A DNA stretch of 64,000 nucleotides, taken from sequence record DRR723986_3403. One strand, given 5' to 3'. Position numbers and translations under genes: made by a program. The notes under the pieces were generated by a model. That model saw nothing but the letters and a program-made list of their open reading frames with translations, was not told the origin of the DNA and searched no databases. Of the stretch, positions 28,842 to 36,887 are shown one piece after another. Within the stretch, counting starts at the first letter, position 1, and each line of letters opens with the position of its first letter.

Positions 28842-29525
28842 CTACGCGTTGTTCGCGGTAGGAGAGACGGTATCGGTCCGCGACACATCTTCGCTCGATG
28901 CGTTGCTGGTTAAGTCCTCATCGGTTTGGGCCGAGAGCCAAGTTTGCACCATCCCAGCGATCGAGTTGACATCGAACTTCTTGAAGATGCTCGCTCGTCG
29001 GGCCTCGACAGTCCGCAGGCTAACGTCCAACCGGCTGGCGACGACCTTGTTGGGATGGCCATCTAGCAAGAGCTCAGCCACTTTCGTTTCGTTTTCCGCC
29101 AGCGACTCAACCTTACGCTTGGCTTCGATTCGCTCCGCATCGCGCACGCAGTGCGACTGGTCCAGGCGGATGCCCTCCAGAATTCCATTCCACAGGTCTT
29201 CCGTGCGGAATGGTTTCTCGATGTAGTTGATTGCTCCACTACGAACGGCCCGGACTGTCAATTGTGTATCGGGGAACGCGGTAACCATGACAACAGGAAT
29301 GGTCAGGTCACGCTCGCGAAGCCAATCGATTAAGTCAATTCCGGTCATGCCAGGCATTTGCTGATCGGAAACAATGCAAGCTGGACGTTCGCCCGAGTAT
29401 GCAGCCAAGAACTCCTCGGCACTTGCGTACGCTCTCGCTGGCAATTGCATTGAACGAACAAGTTCCGTGAGCATGACTCGTGAATGTTCATCATCGTCAA
29501 TGATGAACACAACTGGTTCAGACAT
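28842..29525 (-). CDS. FixJ-type response regulator (REC plus LuxR HTH)
   Basis: IIDDD, SDQQMPGMTG, EKPF and NKVVASRLDVSLRTVEARR. Confidence 0.93.
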   Translation of the reverse strand: MSEPVVFIIDDDEHSRVMLTELVRSMQLPARAYASAEEFLAAYSGERPACIVSDQQMPGMTGIDLIDWLRERDLTIPVVMVTAFPDTQLTVRAVRSGAINYIEKPFRTEDLWNGILEGIRLDQSHCVRDAERIEAKRKVESLAENETKVAELLLDGHPNKVVASRLDVSLRTVEARRASIFKKFDVNSIAGMVQTWLSAQTDEDLTSNASSEDVSRTDTVSPTANNA

Positions 29526-29724
29526 ATTGACACCTTACGAGATAGAGTGAGTGGTCACGATGCAACCACGTGTCGTTTCATTAACTTGCTGGGCGAGGCA
29601 AAGTTGAAAGGGGCATTTCCACTCTGACCAGGCTATCTTATACCCGTTTTAGGATATGACATCCAGTCAAAGTGGGTTGCCTTGCATACTCAAAACGACG
29701 GTGTCTTTTTGGTGGCCGGTTTGG

Positions 29725-30204
29725 CTACCCCCCGCCATGCGCGCTCCTTGCAAGCTTTGGAGCGACGTCCAAACTTCGGCGATATCGTTCGCTGAGAAGC
29801 TTCTTGTTTTCGCGTTCCGGATCAATGTGACTCCACGTTTCGCGGAACAGCGGAGCCGTGATTTTGCGTCCGACCGGACAGTCCCGTTCCGGCCACCGTA
29901 CGATGAAATGGTCGGCCCCAGGGGCTCGCATCGGCATCCGCGCGTCGTCCTCTTCAACCAGGCACCAGGCGATTACATGAAAGCGGCGATACTGGTCACT
30001 CCACTCGTAAAAGACGATCTGGTCGTAGCTCTTTCGACCACACTTGTCGTAGTGGTGATTCAGCTCGATGAGGTCCACGCAGAGCTCTATTTCCCCAAGA
30101 TTCTTAGGGTTGCTTGCATTCGCAGCTCCGCTTGAGAGCAACAGCAGCGCTAGTGAGGGCGTCAGTGCCCGACTGAGAGACGTGATCGATGTAAGACTGG
30201 TCAT
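29725..30204 (-). CDS. Conserved planctomycete-type secreted hypothetical protein
   Basis: Signal peptide; VDLIELNH..YDQIVFYEW..FHVIAW..FRETWS..DPE. Start at ATG 30204. Confidence 0.72.
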   Translation of the reverse strand: MTSLTSITSLSRALTPSLALLLLSSGAANASNPKNLGEIELCVDLIELNHHYDKCGRKSYDQIVFYEWSDQYRRFHVIAWCLVEEDDARMPMRAPGADHFIVRWPERDCPVGRKITAPLFRETWSHIDPERENKKLLSERYRRSLDVAPKLARSAHGGG

Positions 30205-30717
30205 TTTCCCGTGGCCTCCAATGCTTCCAATGGTGCCGCGGGCAAACAATCTCTCTGTCGACTAGGTGTTACCGAAGGGTTCGAAAATGCTGCCTTTGAG
30301 CGGGCTGAGTGCGCAGCGGTCGTTCATACCGCGCTGCCCGATATTGACATGCAGATCCATGCACCGTTCTGGCACCTTGTGGTTGAGAGAGTTGAGAAAA
30401 TGTCCGCAGCAGTCGTAGCTCTTATTGAGCAACAAAACGCCCTTAGGCTCTGGCAGTTTGTGTCAGCCGGGGCTGGTGAGCCCGTCTATTGCTGCGTCTC
30501 TCGAAGAAGATTGGCGTAAACTCGCCCTTCAAATAGCTGACACAACTCCCGTTTACCAAGGATCGACCAAGCACCGCTAGGCGATTTAGACGCGTCCGTA
30601 GAAAAGGCGGAAAAAACACCAGCTCGCGGCTTACCGCATACGTGCTCGCAGTACGCCGCGCCAACGAAAAAACACAGCATCCTGCGGCTAAGTCGAGAGA
30701 TTGCCAGGCCCAGCTCG

Positions 30718-33687
30718 TTAGGCCCAGAGGATGTCGAACCAAGTGTGTTCGTTGGGGCGCATCGGAAGTTTTACCATGTCCCCTTCGACTTGGAGAGTGT
30801 CAGTGCTTTCTCCAAGATAGTTGACGCGATACGCCCGAACAACATTGTGCATCGCCATCACCTCGGCCGACGCAGACTTGCCGCTCAGTTCAACCGCGGT
30901 CAAACGAGCACCCACGTTGCGCCCCATTTCGTCAACCAATGGTGCTTGCACTTGTAATTCGACATTGGGTAAATCGCAATTGAAAAACCAACCACTGGCA
31001 AACTGTTCTGAGCTATCGCAGACAGTCGCTGTGTAGCCGCGGTCGAGCACCCGCGTTGCCGCTTGCATCGGACTTGGCAAGTCGACTCCAATTGCAATTC
31101 GCTGCCTAACGCTTCGTTGGTTGCTGCTGGCCAGAATCGTCTCGAGGAATCTTGCGCCCGTTTTTCGATGGAATGCAAGTCCGCCCGTCAAGTAATAGGT
31201 GTGATAGTCGGTTTCATCAATGTGGATCATCAATGGCGCAATTGACTTGGCGTTGGCCCAGCTTCGCCGACCTTCGGCCGAATGCGTTCGAAGAATGGCC
31301 GATTCGTTGGCCCATGCGACACGTATTACGAACCCGTCGATCCAGGGATTGGTCTCAGATGACTTGAATTGCAAATCGTCCAATTTGACGTAAATGTTCA
31401 GCAATCGGCTTCCCGCGTCGACCGAGTAATCGATCTCAAACTTTCCGCACGTCGAACGGTCCATAGTGAATTGTCCAGACGCTCTTACCAATCCCTGCAC
31501 ATTGGAGCTCGTTAGCATCTTTACGTTGGAAGCGTCCATGGTCGAGTAATGCATCTCACCATCTGCATCAACCGTTCTCCGCGCGATCAGGACGCTCAGG
31601 CAATTCCCGCGACGCCCGGGCAGGTGCAGCGACCGCAAGTGCCCCTTGCTCGTATCGATCTCTGCTTGCAGGAATTCGTTCCGAAGTAGCCCTCCGACCT
31701 CGGCAAGCGGTTTTCCAGTTGCCTGACCAGATGGCTTACCCAGTGGCACTCGCACGAATCCAAGTGATGGCACATCAATTCGTGCTAAGCGACTATCACC
31801 GACGCGTCCCTCTGCGAAGCGGGCTGGGCATTCGGCAATCATCTTCTCCTTCGTGGAAACGGATTCACGAATCGGACTTGAGCTTGGATTGAAGATGATC
31901 TCAGCATTCGGCTCACCGTCCCCCTTTGCCTTTCCAGTGATGAGCCGTCCGAAATCGCTCGTAACCTCCTCGACCCGACTGCGTAGTCCTTCTTTGAGCT
32001 CTTTGAAGTCCTCGTCGGCGCCGCGCGAGGCCTCAAACTTACGCCATGCTTGCTGCAGCTTGAGCAACTCTGGAGCCCACTGGTCGTCGGGAGAAGCTCT
32101 GTAGTTCAGCGGCTTGTCGGCAGCGGCTTCCGCCGACTGCCCTGCTTCGTGTTGCTCGCTTTTGTTTTGCTCGCTGTTGCCTACCTTCGGCTTGGCCCCT
32201 TCATCTGCAACCAAACTCGCCGCGGTGTTTTTTACGAGCCAACGCATTGCTTCAATCGTCCGCAGAGATCGCATTCGAACAGCAATTTGATGAGTGGTAT
32301 CGACACATGCAAGCAGTTCGCCGGGGTCGGGCGTTTCGCCTAGCCAGTTGTAGTGGAACGCCGATTCATCCATGCGTTCCTGGTGGTAGGGGTCGTCTGT
32401 CTCCGAGAAGTAATTGGACAGCAACTTCCACCTGCCAAGAGCGGGAGTTGCTTCGGCGGCAATTTCGACAAGTCGCTTGTAGATGCACGATCGCCCCGGC
32501 CAGTGGGCGAAAATGACGGTCGGCACATGCTGGTGATCAAGTGCATCACCAACCTCCCAACCAAGCGCAAGAAAACTTGACGGGCTGCTCGCATCAAAGA
32601 CTTCACCAGCCAATGCACCGATCGACGTTCCGTCGCTACCTTCCCACGAAAGCTTCGCTTGATTGCCGCTTGGGTACTCGCCATTTCCAAAACTTAGCAG
32701 TAGCGTTCCCTCATAGCCCAATCGCTTGAGCAGTGCCGGTGCATTGCTAAGCTGTCCGTATTGCATTCTCGCAAATACCGCTGGCGGCATTACACCGAGT
32801 TCCTCGTAGGCGGTTCTCGCGGACAGCAAGTCACTCACCACCTCGTCGTAGGTTAGCAGCGGATGCGGCTTCTCGGAATCCACGCCGCCTGCCAATGCAA
32901 TCTTGCCTTCGGCGAGAAGACTCTGCAGTCTAGTGAACCGCTCGGGAGAATCTTCCTTCAGCTTGCGCAGGATGCTCGCACTTGCCAGTAGAGCGGTCGG
33001 CGAATATTCTGCCGTATCCAATTGGCGGTCGAGGCTTTTCTTCAGTGTTGATTCCGCCAGCAGGGTTACATCAACCAGATGCACATCGAGCGAATAGTAG
33101 TGATCCCGTTCTTGACCGATGGAGTCAAAGCCTGCTTGAATCCAGCGCTGGGTTTCCTCGCGATCACCGGCCAAGGCTGCATCCGCGGCCTTCAAGACTT
33201 GCTCTTCCAAACTCGGGACATCCAACATCGTCGAATAGCGAAGCTGGCGAGTCATCAACTGGATTTGCAGATAGATGTATCCGAGAGCCGCAAACTGCTC
33301 AAGCACTCCTTCGTCCAGCTCGACCGAACTGTCACCAGAGGCGTTGTTTTCAAGTTCCGCGGCCTGCAAGAGAGATTCGCGCATCGACGTCCAAGGAGCC
33401 GCGGCGCGAATGAGCTTCCCACCTTGATCGGAAATCTTGGATTCTAAATCATCGGGCTTGCTGGGATCGCACACACTTGGCAGGACAAACAGCGTGCCTT
33501 CGATGCGTTCTTCAACATGCTCGACCTGCTCCCACTCGGGCAGTTGTTTTGTCGCAGCCAGAAGCTTGGGGTGCCACTGCGCGATCCACCCCGCAAGCAA
33601 CTCGTCGGCTTGATCATCAGGAGCCGTCCGCGGATAGCCGTCCAGTTCGTAACCTGGCAGCAAAAGTACTGTTCGCTTAAGGAGCAT
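30718..33687 (-). CDS. GH38 alpha-mannosidase-like hypothetical protein, probably degenerate
   Basis: 989 aa; WEGSDGTSI, IFNPSS, DVPSLGF and LRNEFLQAEID resemble GH38 architecture. No clear HxD metal motif. Confidence 0.6.
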   Translation of the reverse strand: MLLKRTVLLLPGYELDGYPRTAPDDQADELLAGWIAQWHPKLLAATKQLPEWEQVEHVEERIEGTLFVLPSVCDPSKPDDLESKISDQGGKLIRAAAPWTSMRESLLQAAELENNASGDSSVELDEGVLEQFAALGYIYLQIQLMTRQLRYSTMLDVPSLEEQVLKAADAALAGDREETQRWIQAGFDSIGQERDHYYSLDVHLVDVTLLAESTLKKSLDRQLDTAEYSPTALLASASILRKLKEDSPERFTRLQSLLAEGKIALAGGVDSEKPHPLLTYDEVVSDLLSARTAYEELGVMPPAVFARMQYGQLSNAPALLKRLGYEGTLLLSFGNGEYPSGNQAKLSWEGSDGTSIGALAGEVFDASSPSSFLALGWEVGDALDHQHVPTVIFAHWPGRSCIYKRLVEIAAEATPALGRWKLLSNYFSETDDPYHQERMDESAFHYNWLGETPDPGELLACVDTTHQIAVRMRSLRTIEAMRWLVKNTAASLVADEGAKPKVGNSEQNKSEQHEAGQSAEAAADKPLNYRASPDDQWAPELLKLQQAWRKFEASRGADEDFKELKEGLRSRVEEVTSDFGRLITGKAKGDGEPNAEIIFNPSSSPIRESVSTKEKMIAECPARFAEGRVGDSRLARIDVPSLGFVRVPLGKPSGQATGKPLAEVGGLLRNEFLQAEIDTSKGHLRSLHLPGRRGNCLSVLIARRTVDADGEMHYSTMDASNVKMLTSSNVQGLVRASGQFTMDRSTCGKFEIDYSVDAGSRLLNIYVKLDDLQFKSSETNPWIDGFVIRVAWANESAILRTHSAEGRRSWANAKSIAPLMIHIDETDYHTYYLTGGLAFHRKTGARFLETILASSNQRSVRQRIAIGVDLPSPMQAATRVLDRGYTATVCDSSEQFASGWFFNCDLPNVELQVQAPLVDEMGRNVGARLTAVELSGKSASAEVMAMHNVVRAYRVNYLGESTDTLQVEGDMVKLPMRPNEHTWFDILWA

Positions 33688-33830
33688 CGTCGACGGGTTC
33701 TTCTAGTGATTTGGTTGCAGGCGGTTCAGCAAATGGTGCGCAAAGCTGCTATTATTTGAACCCCAACTTTAATCATACATGTCCCAATCGAGAACAGCAC
33801 TCGGCGGGCCTTTTCAGTCTGGAGCACAAC

Positions 33831-34565
33831 ATGTCGCGAAAGTTATTCAGTCACACTGCTGCCATTTTGTTCAGCTTGACCATTTTTCAATTTGCAGTTG
33901 CCCAAGATTCCTCGCCAAAATTCGAAAGTCTCTTTGACGGCAAGACTCTCGATGGTTGGGACGGTGACGAGCGGTTCTGGCGGGTCGAAGACGGTGCGAT
34001 CGTCGGGCAAACTAGCGAGGAAAACAAGACCAAGAAGAACACATTTTTAGTCTTCACGGAGAAGGAGTTTGGGGATTTTGATCTGAGATTTTCCTTCAAA
34101 GTTCAAGGCGGCAATTCGGGGATTCAGTATCGAAGCTCGTTGATCGGTCCACACTTTGTCAAAGGCCTTCAAGCAGATTTCGAAGATGAGATTCACGACG
34201 GCAAAGATACGTTCTCGGGAATGTTCTTCGAGGAAAACGGCCGGATGTTCATGGGGCAACGTGGTGATGTGGTGATCGTCAGAACCGGAAAAGAGAATCC
34301 GGCCAAGAAGCCTGAGATCGAGAAAATTGCAACGGTCGGCGAACGAGAAAAGCTCGGCGAAGTGATCAAGCATGGCGAATGGAACTCATATCAAATTATT
34401 GCACGCAATAATGTCTTTATCCACATCATCAATGGCACGGTAATGTCCATCGGAATCGACGAGGACACAGAGAACTTCAAAGAGTCAGGAATTCTCGCTT
34501 GGCAATTGCACGCCGGCCCACCATTGAAGATCGAAATGAAAGAAATTCGTATCCGCGAACTATAA
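33831..34565 (+). CDS. DUF1080 (3-keto-disaccharide hydrolase-like) secreted protein
   Basis: SLFDGKTLDGW, WRVEDGAI, GNSGIQYRS, EWNSY and LAWQLH. GGAG RBS and signal peptide. Confidence 0.9.
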   Translation: MSRKLFSHTAAILFSLTIFQFAVAQDSSPKFESLFDGKTLDGWDGDERFWRVEDGAIVGQTSEENKTKKNTFLVFTEKEFGDFDLRFSFKVQGGNSGIQYRSSLIGPHFVKGLQADFEDEIHDGKDTFSGMFFEENGRMFMGQRGDVVIVRTGKENPAKKPEIEKIATVGEREKLGEVIKHGEWNSYQIIARNNVFIHIINGTVMSIGIDEDTENFKESGILAWQLHAGPPLKIEMKEIRIREL

Positions 34566-34657
34566 GACTGTTGAGCGGCATTTCAAAACTGTGCCCCAGA
34601 CGACCGCTTTGACAACTCGCCTCGCATTTGACGATCTCAGCCCAGGGAAACCTCAAC

Positions 34658-35983
34658 GTGACAAACCGCAATGTGAACCACAACAACCTCGCGCGACGTC
34701 AGGCCATCGCCAAGATCGGTGGTTTAGCTGCGGCTGCGGGCGTTGCCGCTAGTCGGCCTACGGGCAGAGTCCGCGGAGCGAGCACGGCTCCCCTGCCAGA
34801 AGTTCGAACGATAACCCATGGCCCAAAATTTCATTGGTTCGGCTACTACGACAAACTAGAATTTGATCCGACTAATCGTTTTGTTCTTTCAGGGCAGGTC
34901 GACTTTGAACACCGAACGCCCAAGGCGGCAGACTCAATTGCAGTTGGCATGATCGACACAGGGGAAAATGACCAGTGGATTCCACTCGGTCGTTCCTCCG
35001 CATGGGGATGGCAACAGGGCTGCATGCTTCAGTGGCGACCTGGTACGACATCGGAGGTTCTATGGAACGATCGCGAAGGCGATAAGTATGTGTGCCGTGT
35101 TATGGATGTGCGCAATCGCAAGTCCGTGAGGACTCTGCCGCGTCCGATTTACGCCGTTAGCCCCGATGGGAAGTTTGCGATCACGGCGGATTTTGCCAGG
35201 ATTCAACGGATGCGTCCGGGCTACGGCTATGTAGGTTTGCGAGACAATGCCTACGAACAGCGAGCCCCCGAAGATTCTGGGGTATGGCGAATGGACCTTG
35301 AAACGGGCGAGTCGAAGTTGATCTTTTCGCTGGCCGATGCCGCTGCGATCCCGTACCAGGGTCAAACGCTTGAGGCGAAGTGGAACTACTTTAACCATTT
35401 GCTAGTCAGTCCCGACGCAAGTCGATTCATTGTCTTACATCGGTGGCGAGAGAGTGCTGGCGCTGCAAAAGAGGCCGAGCCAACCGGGCGTTTCACAACG
35501 CGGATGTTCACGGCCAGCGTCGAAGGTGGCGATCGCTACGTCCTGGATCCGTCCGGCTACACGTCTCACTTCATTTGGCGTGATCCCAAGCACATTTGTG
35601 CATGGACGCGTCCAAAGGGAAAACCTGACGCGTTTTATCTGTTCAAAGATCAAACGCAGGAAGTCAAGGTTGTTGGCGAAGGTGTCATGACGCGAAACGG
35701 TCACAACACTTACGTTCCGGGGACCGACGGTGAATGGATTCTCAACGATACTTACCCGGACAAGCAAAAGCGTTTGCAGCGCCCATACCTGTTCCACGTG
35801 CCATCAAATCAGCGTGTCGAAATGGGAGCGTTTCACTCGCCGCCTCAGTACAAAGGGGAGTGGCGGTGCGACACACATCCGCGTTGCAGCAACGATGGCC
35901 GCACCGTTGCTATCGATTCACCGCATACCGGCGAAGGTCGACAGGTTCACTTGATTGATATTGGTGATATCATCGATTCATAG
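34658..35983 (+). CDS. Tat-exported beta-propeller protein (TolB/oligogalacturonate-lyase-like)
   Basis: Twin-arginine ARRQAI; HWFGYYD, WQQGCMLQW, FNHLLVSPD, NGHNTY and RCDTHPR. Start taken as GTG 34658. Confidence 0.75.
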   Translation: MTNRNVNHNNLARRQAIAKIGGLAAAAGVAASRPTGRVRGASTAPLPEVRTITHGPKFHWFGYYDKLEFDPTNRFVLSGQVDFEHRTPKAADSIAVGMIDTGENDQWIPLGRSSAWGWQQGCMLQWRPGTTSEVLWNDREGDKYVCRVMDVRNRKSVRTLPRPIYAVSPDGKFAITADFARIQRMRPGYGYVGLRDNAYEQRAPEDSGVWRMDLETGESKLIFSLADAAAIPYQGQTLEAKWNYFNHLLVSPDASRFIVLHRWRESAGAAKEAEPTGRFTTRMFTASVEGGDRYVLDPSGYTSHFIWRDPKHICAWTRPKGKPDAFYLFKDQTQEVKVVGEGVMTRNGHNTYVPGTDGEWILNDTYPDKQKRLQRPYLFHVPSNQRVEMGAFHSPPQYKGEWRCDTHPRCSNDGRTVAIDSPHTGEGRQVHLIDIGDIIDS

Positions 35984-36006
35984 CAAACCCTAAAGAGGGA
36001 AGACTT

Positions 36007-36708
36007 GTGATCGCGAAATCACTTCAAATCATTACCTCTCTAATGAGCACGGCGCTTTGCGCATTCGCGTTCGCCATGCTGTTCTTGGAATGCCTTTTCG
36101 CTTTGGCGTTGGCTGCCCTTTGTTTCTGGATTGCCAGCGACGGCTCAATTGTTCGTGGCGCTATCGCCGCAGGAGTTGCGTTTACGTTCGCCACCGTCGC
36201 CACTGTGATCGTCGCCGTTTACTTTGCCGCCTTGTCGGTGGTCAAGAAAGCTGTTTCCGATGCTGGCCTGGGGCGGACGATATTCAACTCCCTATTTCGA
36301 CACGCCCTTGGCGTATCCGGTGACGATCCAGGGCATATGCCAGACGAAGCCAGGGTGCCAACTCATCTGTCACGCCAGGAAGTTGAACAGACACTGAACA
36401 ATGCAGCCCGTAAGCTACTGTCCGACGACGCACCTAGCTCTCGCTGGGCTGCACCGGTGTTTTGGCTGGCAAAACAGATCCAGCGAATCTCCGTGTGGGC
36501 GACTGTCAAAGTTATCGTGAAGTCGTGCTCCGACGATGGAACGAGCGTCAACATGTATCAGCTTCGCGATCGCCTCGCTTCAACGATCGACACAAGTGTC
36601 GTGTCACTTATTCGTGGGCAATTTACTCGGCTAGTGATGGCGTTGCTGAGCGGCATAGCGCTCGTGTCAATCATTGTTGCCAGCGTTATCCGCCTACTTC
36701 CATTCTGA
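36007..36708 (+). CDS. Hypothetical membrane protein
   Basis: 233 aa with about 3 hydrophobic segments; AGAGGGA RBS. Confidence 0.7.
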   Translation: MIAKSLQIITSLMSTALCAFAFAMLFLECLFALALAALCFWIASDGSIVRGAIAAGVAFTFATVATVIVAVYFAALSVVKKAVSDAGLGRTIFNSLFRHALGVSGDDPGHMPDEARVPTHLSRQEVEQTLNNAARKLLSDDAPSSRWAAPVFWLAKQIQRISVWATVKVIVKSCSDDGTSVNMYQLRDRLASTIDTSVVSLIRGQFTRLVMALLSGIALVSIIVASVIRLLPF

Positions 36709-36887
36709 TCGTTTTCGATCAGCGGTTGCCCAGGTAAATTATGCACAACGTGCCGGGAGCTGCTAAATTATAGGGTTCCCGCCCTATAGTCCTGCCAAGC
36801 AAGGTCCCGCTAGGTAAGGCCCTGCTGAACAAGCCGGCCCAATTGCATCCTCTTCACGTGCGTGCCGAAAGTCACGCATGCGCCAAA

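Noticed and set aside
28842-29525. Orphan FixJ-like regulator as a novel system
   Set aside because: Ordinary REC-LuxR architecture; response regulators without an adjacent kinase are common.
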